Below, piece by piece: positions 1 through 13,195 of a stretch of 64,000 bases of DNA. The stretch spans positions 6,448,001 through 6,512,000 of the forward strand of contig OX597821.1 in NCBI GenBank assembly GCA_951406725.2. Direction: 5' to 3'. Both the position numbers and the translations under genes were made by a program. Source of the stretch: Octopus vulgaris (Eukaryota). How positions within the stretch are numbered: position 1 is the first letter of the stretch; every line of letters begins with the position of its first letter. The notes beneath the pieces are model-generated. The model worked only from the letters and a program-made list of their open reading frames with translations, was not told the DNA's origin and made no database searches.

Positions 1-1932
1 TGCTTCACCACCTCGTCCCAGGTTTTCCTGGGTCTGCCTCTTCCACAGGTTCCCTCAACTGCTAGGGTGTGGCACTTTTTCACACAACTATCTTCATCCA
101 TTCTCGCCACATGACCATACCAGCGCAAACGTCTCTCTTGCACACCACAACTGATGCTTCTTAGGTCCAGCTTTTCTCTCAAGGTACTTACACTCTGCCG
201 AGTGTGAGTACCGGCATTACACATCCATCGGAGCATACTGGCTTCATTTCTAGCGAGCTTACGCATATCCTCAGCAGTCACGGCCCATGTTTCACTGCCA
301 TGTAGCATGGCTGTCGTACACACGCATCATACAGTCTGCCTTTCACTCTGTGCGAGAGGCCTTTTGTCACCAGCAGAGGTAAGAGCTCTCTGAACTTTGC
401 CCAAGCTATTCTTACTCTAGCAGTTACACTTTCAGCACACCCGCCCCCGCTGCTGACTTGGTCACCTAGGTAACGGAAACTATCAACTATTTCTAGTTTT
501 TCTCCCTGGAAAGTGACGGAAGTTGGTCTCAGAGCATTTTCAGTGTTTATTGTTCCTGAGCATCTGCCACATACAAAAACCATCTTCCTAGTTAGCCTTC
601 CTTTGACATTGCTGCATCTCTTATGTGTCCATAGCTTACACTTGGTGCATCTTATAGAGTTTCTACCTACACCTTTTCTACAGATCGAGCAGGGCCATCT
701 ACCTGAAGGTGTTTGTGATTTGTCTACCTTCCTACTGATTACGACTTTGGTTTTAGCTAGATTGACTCTGAGGCCCTTCGATTCTAATCCTTGTTTCCAC
801 ACCTGAAACTTCTCCTCCAGTTCTGATAGCGACTCAGCAATTAGAGCAAGGTCATCAGCATAGAGGAGCTCCCAGGGGCATCCTGTCTTGAATTCCTCCG
901 TTATTGCCTGGAGGACTATGATAAATAGGAGGGGGCTGAGTACTGAGCCTTGGTGGACCCCTACCTCTACCCGGAATTCTTCACTGTACTCATTTCCAAC
1001 CCTCACCCTACTAGCAGCGTCCCTATACATGGCCCGCACAGCTCTCACTAACCATTCATCTATCCCTAGTTTCCTCATTGCCCACCAGATAAGGGATCGG
1101 GGGACCCTGTCAAAGGCTTTCTCCATGTCAACAAAAGCCAGGTACAGGGGCTTATCTTTGGCTAGGTATTTCTCCTGCAGTTGCCTTACCAGGAATATAG
1201 CATCAGTAGTACTTTTCCCTGGCACAAACCCAAACTGCATCTCATCTAAACTAACTCTCTCTCTAATTAGTTGGGCTATGACCCTCTCCGTAACCTTCAT
1301 CACCTGATCCAACAGCTTGATACCTCTGTAGTTATTTGTATCTAGGGCATCACCTTTACCTTTGTAGCAGTTGACTATTATACTGCTACATCAGTCATTG
1401 GGTATGACCCCTTTGTGTATCACCTGATTAACTATACGGGTGACTAGGCTATAGCCGACACTACCAGACATTTTGAGCATCTCTGCAGTGATTCCTGATG
1501 GGCCTGGGGCTTTCCCTGTCTTCATGCTTCTAATTGCCTTAGCTACCACGGAACTATCAACTCGGATAGCTGGTCCCTCTGTTGGGTCAACATTCGGCAG
1601 ACTCTCTTTATCCCATTCATTTTCTTCATTCAGCAACCTTTCATAGTGGCATCTCCAAACCTCTCTCTTTGCATCCTCATTTAGCGCAAGTGAACCATCT
1701 TCCATGCGGACACACTTCTCTCCTACCACATCACGATTCTCTCTCACACACTGTCTTGCAACACGAAACACCTCCAGTCTTTGGTCTTCACGGCGCAGAA
1801 CATTGGCAAATTTTTTCTTATCTGCTTCCCCTCTGGCTAAATAAACCTGTCTCCTAGCTTCTCTTTTGGCAGTCTGATACAATTCCCTGCTACCCCCATT
1901 TTTCCAGACCTTCCAAGCCTGTCTCTTTTCTC

Positions 1933-1933
<1 letters not shown>
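1..1933 (-). mobile_element. RTE-clade non-LTR retrotransposon (LINE), 5'-truncated, disabled RT ORF, continues off the left window edge
   Basis: ORFs 1391-1933 and 278-1312 are in the same frame, separated by one TGA where W is expected (PND*CSSIIVNCYKGKGDALDTNNYRGIKLL). RT motifs GKAPGPSGI, QFGF, FVDMEKAFDRV, GVHQGSVLSPLLF, YADD (851-862) and YLG. A 1-bp frameshift near 315 leads into an RTE-type C-terminus (AMLHGSETW...RRLRWYGHVARM...GRGRPRKTWDEVV). The 5' end abuts (TA)n. Confidence 0.93.
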
Positions 1934-1972
<39 letters not shown>

Positions 1973-1984
1973 CATATATATATA

Positions 1985-3929
1985 TATATAAATTAAATTA
2001 GAGATAAAACCACTATTAGGCAAATCAAAATGTTAAAATATGTTCATACATGCATACTCGCTCGTAAGCGCGCATGCGTGCTTGCACCTGTATGTGTAGC
2101 GGGAGGTCGAGTGACCACATACTAACTCGCGCCGGTAATTTTTTAGTGTTATTTTCCCCATAGGTTGTTTCCTACCCCAAAACTCTTCACAAGAACTCTT
2201 AAAGTATTCAGTTCTTTTATATATACTGAGAATCGTTAGCACGACGGGCGAAATGCGTAGCCGTATTTCGTCTGCCGTTACGTTCTGGGTTCAAATGCCG
2301 CCGAGGTCGACTTTGCCATTCATCCTTTCGGGGTCGATAAATTAAGTACCAGTTACGCACTGGGGTCGATGTAATCGACTTAATCCGTTTGTCTGTCCTT
2401 GTTTGTCCCCTCTGTGTTTAGCCCCTTGTGGGTAGTAAAGAAGTATATACATACTGAACGATCACAACTGCTTTTAAGCACGATTGCTGGGTCGTATTTA
2501 GAACGCAAAGGGACATAATCACTATCGGCCTGACGCTCGCCATCTGACTCTAACCTAATAATAACTTGTAATTATTGGGTTGGAAAAAAGCGCCTACCAT
2601 GGTAGAACGCTTGTCATATCTACAGATGTGGGTTCGAATCCCAGGAGCAGCTTTCGAATTTTTACATACAAAAAGTTTTTTTTTTCCCAATATTTACAAG
2701 CTGTTATTTATAGCTTTATATGTGCTTCGAGATCTAGTTAAAAAATAAAAAGAATTATTTCGTGTTCTCTCGAAACTTTATAAATTCTTATCACATTATC
2801 AACAAATAATAGGCTTTTTTAAAAACATATTTCACCACAAAAGCAACAAAATACAAAGCCGTTGGTACAATAACAGCCATATATTGGTATTGGTGCGCAT
2901 ACACAAGTACACATACATTAATATATAATAAATATATAAATGCGTACGTACATATACGCGTATGAGGACAGCTTAACGAAATGCATTAAGAGAAATGCAT
3001 CTATTGGACCAACACAGGGCATCATGAGCTGCTAACGGTGTGTTTACAACTTTACGATAAGTGAGATTTTTTTCACAGACATATTTGAATTAACCTAAAG
3101 TTTATTTTGCATCAATGCTTTGCGCTACTACTTATATATTTCTTGAGATAGAATGGTCAACGAGCGCAAACCATTCACTAGTATTGACTGATTTATTAGA
3201 AAGCTACGACTTACTGTCATCTCAGGATTACCTTTCTTCAGTATCATCACCTAAGAACAGTTTAAAAAGCCAGAAATGCATCTGGTTGGGGTGGCAATTG
3301 AGGGTAACATCAAGCTGATAATGGTATACTTACATCATTTGCCATAAACAATAATTTTTACTCTGTGATAAACTACAATGAAATTGGCTTTAGGAATTTA
3401 AGTATGTCGCAAACATATTTGAACTAGTCTATTATAATAATTATAGGATCTTTTCCTTTTGAACGGCACATGTCAACACAATTTCTAGTTAACTAAACAC
3501 TTTAAAACTTTGTATACTGGTAGAATGTGTGAAAATAAAGCAGTTTTTTTCTCTTGGCTTTCTTGAGAAAATTGTAATTTGTTTGTTTAACGTAGTTTAA
3601 TTTTTCGAATTTTAACCAATGAATCGCCTCTAGTGAGCTAAAATCATTTGCTGCGTCTAAAACTGAGACATCATCCTGTCACTAACCCTCACCCTCACCC
3701 TAACCCTAACTCTAAATTTTTTTCTTGATTGTTAAATTAATTTAATTGTTACGCGTGTAAAAAAAACGAAAGGCTAAAACGAAAGCAATGGAAAATAATT
3801 TAAACAATTAACAAACAAAATAATTCTTTGTTTAATAGTGGTTTTATCTCTAATTTAATTTATATTTGTATTGTGAAATTTGATTTAATCCTAAATCTAA
3901 TTTTTCTCTGTAAGTTTGGATTTACTCCC

Positions 3930-3930
<1 letters not shown>
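1985..3930. repeat. Segment bounded by ~33-bp inverted repeats and (TA)n tracts
   Basis: atataaattaaattagagataaaaccactatt at ~1986-2017 is the reverse complement of ~3834-3865; (TA)n lies outside both ends. Confidence 0.55.
2229..2443 (+). mobile_element. tRNA-derived SINE family B
   Basis: Near-identical to 25562-25787 and 55629-55860; B-box-like ggttcaaatgcc; central gtcgactttgccattcatcctttcggggtcgataaattaagtacc block. Confidence 0.85.
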
Positions 3931-3961
<31 letters not shown>

Positions 3962-3962
<1 letters not shown>

Positions 3963-4096
3963 CATCATCATCATCATTTAGCGTCCGTTCTCCATGCTAG
4001 CATGGGTTGGACGGTTCAACTGGGGTCTGTGAAGCTGGAAGGCTTCATCAGGCCCAGTCAGATCTGGCAGTGTTTCTACGGCTGGATGCCCTTCCT
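3962..4096 (-). mobile_element. RTE LINE 3'-tail fragment
   Basis: (CAT)n followed by ttagcgtccgttctccatgctagcatgggttggacgg, homologous to the RTE 3' ends at 33106-33584 and 36565-37296; adjacent to (TA)n. Confidence 0.8.
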
Positions 4097-4495
4097 ATAT
4101 CTGTCATCCTGTCTTTCATTACATATATATTATATATTAATACTTTATTTTTTTTTAAAAAAGCCCCACAAGAGTGCACAACATTTACATTTAGTTGAAG
4201 CATAGATCACAGCAGAGTCATTGAACAAAATACTTTGAAGTAGCATCCAATCAAAATAGCTATCTATGTATCATTATAATTAACATATATACCCTGTTGG
4301 AAAACTATAGTATTTTACTTGTCAGTGGTATCTATAGATTTCAGCATGGTACCTAAATGGATATTTTCATATATGTATGTTTGCGTTATGACAATCTTCT
4401 CAAAGATTGCAATTGGTTTTATATGTAATGAGAGTTGTATGAATGCATAGTTATAGATTTTAGAGGTTTTTGCCACAATTTTCATGTATACCCAT

Positions 4496-4710
4496 CAGTA
4501 GTGGCTCATAGATAAAATTAGTAGGGGTGCTGCTTCAGAAAATGTTTAGGTATATGAGCGGCTGTGTGGTAAGTAGCTTGTCTACCAACCACATGGTTCT
4601 GTTTCAATCCTACTGCATGGCACCTTGGGCAAGTGTCTTCTACTATAACCTCGGGTCGACCAAAGCCTTGTGAGTGGATTTGGTAGACACAAACTGAAAG
4701 AAGCCCGTCG

Positions 4711-4743
<33 letters not shown>

Positions 4744-5570
4744 ATATGTTTCTGTGTCTGTGTTTGTCCCCCAACATCGCTTGACAACTGATGCTGGTGT
4801 GTTTGTGTCACCGTAACTTAGCAGTTCAGCAAAAGAGGACGATAGAATAAGTACTAAGCTTACAAACAATAAGTCCTGGAGTCGATTTGCTCAACTAAAG
4901 GTGGTGCTCCAGCATGGCCACGGTCAAATGACTGAAAAGAGTAAAAGAGCCATTGTTTTATTATCGTTGTTAAAGGAAATAAACATGTAAAAAGAATATT
5001 TATACATAAACTTGATTGGTTCATGTTTTAGCCACTAGTGTGTTTAATTTGTTCACCTAACGCCACTGCGAATTCCCCCTTGTTTTTCAAAAATCCCCAC
5101 TAAATCACAAAATAAGGGGGGAAATCTGCCCTATTTTGCAAATCCTGGCAGCAACACTGAAGCTGGAAGCAGGGTAATAATCTAATTCTCCACTTTATCA
5201 AATTCAAGAAAATAAGCATATTTTTAAGCACAGCACGTGCGGAATCAAAAAGCAGCACTACCTTTCACCAGCACACAGGGGTTGGCACTGTGTGAACGAC
5301 AGTGCTCTCTCTCCCTGGCATAAGGCTTCCTGCCTTGGACATGTGAGCATGCGCACAACAGCCAAACACTGGAACTGTGAAGTGCACAGTTCTATACAAG
5401 AATTTTTGCAATTTTTTTGTTAACTGGGGGATGGCATTGAACTTAAGGATAATGTAATGTACAAGTATAAAGAAAGAATTAAAGAAAAAAGGACTTATTG
5501 AATGTTATCAATATCTGGTGGAAATCGGGGGTGCTGCAGTTCCGCAATGCCTATACACGAGCCGCCACTG
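4496..5570. mobile_element. Non-autonomous hAT-like DNA transposon containing a SINE insertion
   Basis: Imperfect TIRs cagtagtggctc / gagccgccactg; flanking 8-mers atacccat and atgcccac (6/8) fit a decayed 8-bp TSD. Confidence 0.6.
4556..4950 (+). mobile_element. tRNA-derived SINE family A (full length)
   Basis: tRNA-like head ggctgtgtggtaag..., ccttgggcaagt block, internal (TA)/(TG) tract, aaaagagt tail; about 20 homologous copies in the window. Confidence 0.88.
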
Positions 5571-5847
5571 ATGCCCACATAGGTTGATGTTGTTAATTAG
5601 GTTATTTATACCACAGTTAATACTGAAGAGGCTGACATCTAAACGAAGGAGATTTTTTTCTTTAGGCTTTGTGTTTGGCTGATTACATAATCCAACAAGT
5701 TTATTTATTTTTAACATTTAAATATAAAGAGATGGGAAAGGAAAAAGGGATAAGAAAAGAAAAGAAAAGAAAAAGGTGGATGGTAAAGCATCAGAAGATG
5801 GAGGGGGAGGGGGCAGTGGGCCACATACCCCAGAACAAATGCTGTGC

Positions 5848-6045
5848 TTAGCTGTACCTTGCGGTAATGACTGCAATGGCATTACCGCAGTGAGTAGCTA
5901 GTGACATTTGCTGCAGCAGCCACTCCATCTCACAGGTTTTGTTTCTCTTAAGGGTCACCATTATCCCTATTTTGTGGAGGAAACTGGTAGTATAGGGTCC
6001 TAGAACATCTGACGTCTCAATGGCAGTTGGCAGAAACTTTGCATT
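5848..6045 (-). mobile_element. Relic C-terminus of a CRE/NeSL-like non-LTR element (restriction-like endonuclease region)
   Basis: Translation FLPTAIETSDVLGPYTTSFLHKIG...WLLQQMSLATHCGNAIAV resembles the FxPxAxETxGxxG...LxQRLSxAxQRGNA tail typical of CRE-clade ORFs. Confidence 0.6.
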
Positions 6046-6649
6046 TTTTGAGTTGCTAGAATGTAATTTTGAAAGAAATTTGGCTGCTATTTCTTGCAAG
6101 TTGAGTAACCACACAGAAACTCACTCACCAGCTTTTGGCTACATATTCTTACTTTTATTTAGCTCCAGGTCAACCATGACTAAGTAGACTTATAATCTTT
6201 TCCTTTCCACACGAAATTCATTTCCTTCTATATTATTCATTAATTTTTCTTGTTTTTGTCAAGGAAAAGAAAATGGAGTTAGATGTTTGAGATTTCCCTG
6301 TTGTTTCTAGCAGTCTTAACAACTACGTAAAGTCTCTATTGTTAACTCTTGTACGTATATGCATTTATGAATGGTGGTTCTGTCCTTACCCCCACTCACT
6401 CCCTCATAATAGTTTCCTTCGTCCCCCCACTCCATCGACTTGAAGCTCCCCCAGGGCTCATAGTCCTGTGAGCAACATGGTGACCTTGATAGTGCAGTTG
6501 GCACGAAAATAGCAACCAGTACATGCTGCAAAGTGTTTGGCGTTACCAAAGCAGTTATTGGAGCTTGATGCAGTTCAAGGACTGCATCAGATCATGTCAA
6601 ACTGTCCAACCCATGCCAGCGTTGAACATAGGCATTAAGTGATGACAAA

Positions 6650-6681
<32 letters not shown>

Positions 6682-6899
6682 GGATAATATGTTATTATGT
6701 TTGTGTATTGGAGTGAAAGAATGAAAGGGACAGAATGTCTGCGTGTGTGTGTGTGTGTGTGTGGAGGTGAGTGCATGTATGCATGCATGTGCATGCATGT
6801 GTGCATGCATGTGTGTGTTTATTGGTGTGAAATTAATGGAAGGTAGAAAAACTGTATGCATATGAGTGTGTTGGGATACAAAGAGCCAAGGGGTACAAA

Positions 6900-7070
6900 G
6901 GTTGTGTGCATGTATGTGTGTATGTGTGTGTGTGTGTGCGTATGTGTATGTGTGCACGTGTGCGTATGTGTATGTATGAGTGTATGTGTGTGTATGAGTG
7001 CATGAAACAGTGGTGGGGTAGACACACTGAGTGTATATATATATGTGTGTGTGTATACATGTATACATGG

Positions 7071-7114
<44 letters not shown>

Positions 7115-7371
7115 ATGTGTATGTATGTGTGTGTGTGTGTGTGTGTGTGTGCGCATGTGCGTATGTGTATGTATGAGTGTATGTGTGTGTATGAGTGCAT
7201 GAAACAGTGGTGGGGTAGACAAACTGAGTGTATATATATATATATGTGTGTGTGTGTATACATGTATACATGGATATATATGTGTGTGTGTGTGCATGCG
7301 TGCATGTGTGTGCTTGTATGATTGCATGAAACAGTGGCGGTGCAGACAGACTGTGTTTGTTGTGTATGTGC

Positions 7372-7400
<29 letters not shown>
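6900..7400. repeat. ~197-bp tandem duplication of a (TG)/(TA)-rich unit
   Basis: gagtgcatgaaacagtggtggggtagac occurs at ~6996 and ~7193, with a partial third copy at ~7324. Confidence 0.8.
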
Positions 7401-7411
<11 letters not shown>

Positions 7412-7739
7412 TTATACACATATATACATGTGTATATGTGTTGTGTGTTGTGTTTGTGATAGAGTATTTCTTGACGGTTCTTTTGGTTACCGTGGTATCA
7501 CGTGCCATTCTCTTGCTAGTAAGGCTTTAAATGGGATTACTGCCAACTCCTCTCACCCTGGCTAGATCGGACACCCACCCATGCCCTCTCTGCCCTGTTC
7601 TAAATTAACAGGCAGTCAGTCAGTCAGACCGGCAGCCAGGCAGCCACTTACACACATGCATAGCAAACATATACGCGCACTATCTATCTATTGTTTGTTC
7701 CCAACTAATTTAAGCAACCGCAACACTAATTGGCAATGT

Positions 7740-7758
7740 CTAAGATGACACTGACGAC

Positions 7759-7802
<44 letters not shown>

Positions 7803-8200
7803 CGATGATGATGATGATGATGATGATGATGAGGCTGATGATGGCGACGATGACAACAGTGATGATGATGATGACAATAATGATGATGGTGGTGGTGCTG
7901 GTGGTGATGATGATGATAGCGATGACAATAATGTTGACAGTAAGAATGACAATGATGGTGACGATGACACCGGTGATGCTGACAACGATGACGATGACAA
8001 CGGCGATGATGATGACAATCACGATGATAGTGGCGATAATGACAATGATGTTGGTGGTTGTGTTGGTGATGGTAGTGATGGTGGTGTTGATGATGATGAT
8101 GGAGGTGGTGGTGGTGGTGGTGCTGATGATGATGGAGGTGGTGGTGGTGGCGGTGGTGGTGGTGGTTGTAGCAGCAGTGGCAGTAATGGTGGTGATGATG
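7740..8200. repeat. (GAT)n/(GGT)n trinucleotide microsatellite complex
   Basis: Direct inspection; explains the poly-M/I/S/P ORFs. Confidence 0.95.
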
Positions 8201-9103
8201 GTGAGGGTTTCTGTTTCATTAGGCACAAGGCCAATTTCTTTTTGTAAGGGAGACTGCATAGTTGATTGAACTGACCTCAATGCCCACACAAGTGTACACA
8301 CATGCACTCACATAGATAGACACATGCATACACACATGCATGCACACACACACAAACGCACACAGATACATGCATAAAACATACCCACATAGATACATGT
8401 GCAAACACATACAACCACATACACGCATATATTCAATGCCCCACCCCCCCAAAAAAAACTTATACACAACAAACGCATACACACGTACCCAATCACACAA
8501 CACAGAGTGTTTCCTCCTATCACACACATACACACACACACATGCACACACACAAGCATGCACACATGCACACACACACACCACATACTCGCACACGCAC
8601 ACACACAGACACGCACACACACAGACACGCACACACACACATGCATACACACATGTGCACTCACACACACACACACACACACAATGTAGCATGAATGTTT
8701 AATGAATGAAGCACTCAAAGTACTCAACATTCTCTGAGGAACACATGAAGCTATAAAGTGCATATAAAGTGCTATATACACTCACTGTATGACTATATAA
8801 AGTACGGTACAATGTCTATACAGATTAGTTCTAGTTAGGCAAATATATTTGAATAAACCAAAGAGTTTTAACATAGTTAATCTGGTAGGAATAGTAGCCA
8901 AATTCCCTGCAGATTACAACATATCATTTTATGAAAAGAAAAAAGCTTACATTGGTCTCTGTGATTCTGAAACATATAAAAAGATGGGTTGGCCATGGCT
9001 GGAATACCTTTAATTATAAGTTTGTTCAATCAGAGGTTGACTTTGAGACAGACTACTACTGCTACCACCACCACCATCACCCCCACCACTGCTAATGCTG
9101 CTG

Positions 9104-9134
<31 letters not shown>

Positions 9135-9271
9135 ATATCGTTTTTTAACAGGCATATAGTCATAAAATTAGGGAGAAGGGAATAGTTCATTAAATCGATC
9201 CCTGTACTTGATTTGTGTTTAATTTATCAATCTTGGCCAGAAAGGTCTTGGTGAGATTTGAACTCAGAACA

Positions 9272-9695
9272 TCATTATCATCATTGTCGTCGTTTAATGT
9301 TCACTTTCCATGCTGGCATGGGTTGGATGGTTTGACTGAGGACTGACGAGCCAGAAGGCTGCACCAGGCTCTAATCTGATCTGGCAAAGTTTCTACAGCT
9401 GAATGTCCTTCGTAATGCCAACCACTCCGAGAGTGTAGTGGGTGCCTTTATGTGCCACTGGCACGAGGGCCAGTCAGGTGGTTCTGGAAACGACCATGCT
9501 CAAAAGGTGTTTTTTACGTGCTACCTGCATGGGAGTCAGTCCAGCAGCACTGGCAACGACCACACTCAAATGTTGTTTTTCACATGCCACTGGTAATGAT
9601 CACACTTGAACGGTGCTTTTTACGTGCCACCAGCATGGGAGCCAATCGGCAGCCCTGGCGACAATCATGCTTGGCTGGTGCTTTTAACGTTCCAC
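9272..9695 (-). mobile_element. RTE LINE 3'UTR fragment with internal tandem motifs
   Basis: Tail (cat)n-gtttaatgttcactttccatgctggcatgggttgg plus repeated ggtgctttttacgtgccac-like units. Confidence 0.8.
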
Positions 9696-9859
9696 ATAAA
9701 GAAATGAGACTAATGCTACTTGACCCATTAGAAATAGCAGGCAAGCGTGTCTCAAATCAAAACCCTTTACAGCTTAGAACAAGAAGGACTGATAGACTGT
9801 GTAGTGGTAGACACAGAAAAGGATGGGATGGGATAGCCACAACTGGAGAGACATTGGTT

Positions 9860-10295
9860 TCAAATTTTGGTACAAGGTCAGTAATTTCAGTGGAGAGGGC
9901 TAGCCAAACACATTGACCCCAGTACTCAACTAGTACTTATTTTATCGATCCCAAAAGGATAAATTTCAAAGTTGACCTCAGCAAAATTTGAACTTAGAAT
10001 GTAATGACATGAAATGCCGCTAATCATTCACATACTGGTGTGCTCATGATTCTGCCAATTTGCTGCTTTCGCAGTTAGAGAGATCTTGATCTCAAATTTT
10101 AGTGCAAGGTCAGCAGGCTTGGGGAAGGTGCTAAGTTGATTACATCGAGCCCAGTACTTGACTGGTACTTATTTTATTGACCCCCGAGAGGATGAAAGGC
10201 AAAGTCGACCTCAGCAGAATTTGAACTCAGAACACGAAGACAGATGAAATATCGCTAAGCATTTCGCCAGGCAGGCTAACAATTCTGCCAGTTCA
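9860..10295 (-). mobile_element. Two tandem diverged SINE B-related copies
   Basis: Reverse complement of the family B core (gaggatgaaaggcaaagtcgacctc...gaatttgaactcagaa) appears twice. Confidence 0.7.
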
Positions 10296-10669
10296 TTCAA
10301 GGCTAACCTGAAATATGTCATGTGATTTGCTAGAAATAGCAGCCAATACTTTTCCCAAACCATTTCACACATGTCTTTATAAAATGGAAGGGCACATTGA
10401 TTAAGATCTAGTTGATCATAGATGGCAAAGCGTTAAGCAACAGTAAAAGCAACAACAACAACTGTTTCTTGAGAGAAGGTCATGCTATTGTAAGTTTCAA
10501 ACAGTAAGACAGTGTCTGATGGTGATAAAATATTGACAAATGGTGTGGAATTATTGAGAACATGTTATGCTGAAATATTCACTTCAAATACTTTAAAAGA
10601 TGACAGAATCTCAACTGACTGGCATAAGATCACTCTCAGACATGCTCCAACTTCCAGTCAATAAATAAA

Positions 10670-10885
10670 AGGTGGTGAGCCGGCAGAAATGTTAGCATGC
10701 CAGGTGAAATTGCGGTATTTCATCTGTCATTACATTCTGAGTTCAAATTCTGCCAAAGTTGATTTTGCCTTTCATCCTTTCGGGGCCAATAAATTAAGTA
10801 CCAGTTGCATACTGAGGTCAATCTAATCGACTGGCCCCCTTGCCAAAAATTTCAGGCCTTGTGCCTAGAGTAGAAAAGAATAAAT
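10670..10885 (+). mobile_element. SINE family B variant
   Basis: ggtggtgagccggcagaaatgttagc head and family B core, with an alternative tail ...ggccttgtgcctagagtagaaaagaat. Confidence 0.8.
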
Positions 10886-11604
10886 AAATAAACTGTTACA
10901 ATAAAGGCTTTTCTTAAATCGTCCTATCATTTTAAAAGGGGAAGAACATATTAAATAATGTAGTCTAGTCCCCTACAAGATAAAAAAAAGACACAGTTTT
11001 CGATCATAGGTTTACCTCATAATGGTTGACCCAGAGCTAAAACCAACAATTTCTTTCCTTCTGTCCTCGTATTTCTTTCACTTTGTGCAAGGTCTATTTT
11101 GTTTTATTGATGTAGACCAAGGTGTCACTTGACATTGGAGGCCTCTCACCATTAGCCAGAATTTGATGGATTCTTCTCCCCACCCACCATCATCATCATC
11201 ATCATCATCATCATCATTATCACCACCACCATCATCATTACCATCATCATCATCACAATCATCATCCCCATTATCCCCATCCTCCTCCTCCTCCTTCTCA
11301 CCACCACCACCACCACCACAATGACCAACACCATCATTATCACAATCATCATCACCATTATCACCTTACTCCTCCTCTTCCTCACCACTACCACTACTTT
11401 AACCCTTTAGCGTTCAAGTTACTCTGTCAAATGTAATGCTTATTTATTCTCATGGTTTTACACTAATCATACATTATCTTGTTGCTTTGAGATTTTCATC
11501 ACATGAGTGTTTATCTTTATAATGAGATGGTTAGGATAGATGCAAGAGGCCAGATCTGGCTTGTGTGAACATAAAACAGACAGAATATGAGCTGGGTAAG
11601 GGGT

Positions 11605-12200
11605 AATGACCATGGGATTGCACCTAGAAAGTTCCCCTCCGAGGCACAAATGCAGGCAAGGTTGTTTGTGAAAGACCAGCAGTCGCCTGTGCATACCAGC
11701 CTCCCCTCTCCACACTATTATATGTGCATAAGGTAAAGGGGAAAGACCCTTTTGGTCATGAATGACCATGGGATTGCACCTAGAAAGTTCCCCTCCGAGG
11801 CACAAATGCAGGCAAGGTTGTTTGTGAAAGACCAGCAGTCGCCTGTGCATACCAGCCTCCCCTCTCAACACTATTATATGTGCATAAGGTAAAGGGGAAA
11901 GACCCTTTTGGTCATGAATGACTATGGGATTGCACCTAGAAAGTTCCCCTCCGAGACACAAGTCCGGGCAAGGTTTATGAAAGACCAGCAGTCGTCCATG
12001 CATACCAGCCTCCTCTTTGCACACCACTGATGTTACCCAAATGAAAGGCAAAGGCTGCTACAGCTTGGCACCAGTGATGTCACAACTCATTTCTACAGCT
12101 GAGAAATAAAGTGTCTTGCTCAAGAACACAGCACAGTGCCTGGTTTAGGAATCGAACCCACTACCTCATGATTGTGAGTCTGACACTCTAACCACTGAGC
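11605..12200 (-). mobile_element. tRNA-derived SINE family F with its 156-bp 3' portion triplicated
   Basis: Units start at 11605, 11761 and 11917 (period 156); tRNA-like head at ~12140-12200; single-unit homologue at 50795-51093. Confidence 0.82.
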
Positions 12201-12701
12201 TGGGTATGGCTGGTTTAAACACTAGAGTTAAACAGCAGCAGTACCAAGACCCTAACCCCCACCACCACCACCAACAACAATAACAACAACAATAACAGCA
12301 ACCATAACAACAACAAGTTACAAAAAGAACTTTCTATGGAGTTTTTCGGTTTGTTCAGCAGCTAAATTTTTCATCAATAAATTCCCTGGTGTATTTCTGA
12401 AATGGAACTCCAGACCCAAAATCTTAAGTCAGCATTTTTCCCCCCTTGTTTTAATTAGATAAAAAATACAACAACCTGCATTAATTATACATAAAGAACA
12501 TATTTCTAACCTTGATCTAAATCAATTTGGGGGTTATTACCTAGAGAGAGAGTGAGTGGGAAAGAGAGGGGGAGAGATAGATAGTTAGCTAAATAGATAG
12601 AGAGAGAGAGAGAGAGAGAGAACAGACTGGTCTGACAGCAGAAAGACTTCCATTTTCACCTAGTTGGGTCTTGTCCAACTTTGTTACAGTCAGACACATT
12701 G

Positions 12702-12760
<59 letters not shown>

Positions 12761-13195
12761 ATATATGTATATGTATGTATGGGTGTGTGCATGTATGTAT
12801 AAGTGTATCTCTCTCTCCTTATCCCTCTCTCTCCCTCCCTCTGTACTGATCAGTCAATATCTAGTATAAGTCATCTGGTAATGGAGATTTGGTAATTGCT
12901 ATAGGACAAGGCTCTCTCTCATTCAAACAAACTGTTTATATACATATATATGTGTGTGTGTGTGAGTGCATGTGTATGCATGTGTGTGTGTATGTGTGTG
13001 TGTGTGTATATATCTATATATATATATACTCACACACACACACTCATACATGTGCACAGGCGTGTATGCATGCATGTGTCTCTGTTAGTCTACCTATCAA
13101 TAGATTGTGCAAGTCATCAAAAAATATATATTAGGCAAGAGGTATATGAGTAAAAATGTATATATAACACACCATACAGAGCATATGAATTTATA

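Noticed and set aside
513-1857. Plus-strand ORFs at 513, 888 and 1582
   Set aside because: Antisense shadows of the LINE RT ORF.
3685-3712. Interstitial telomeric repeat (CCCTAA)n
   Set aside because: Only about four degenerate units; too short to indicate a chromosome fusion.
6592-8781. Long ORFs rich in HT/YI/CV/M/I/S/P
   Set aside because: Translations of di- and trinucleotide microsatellites; open in many frames on both strands.
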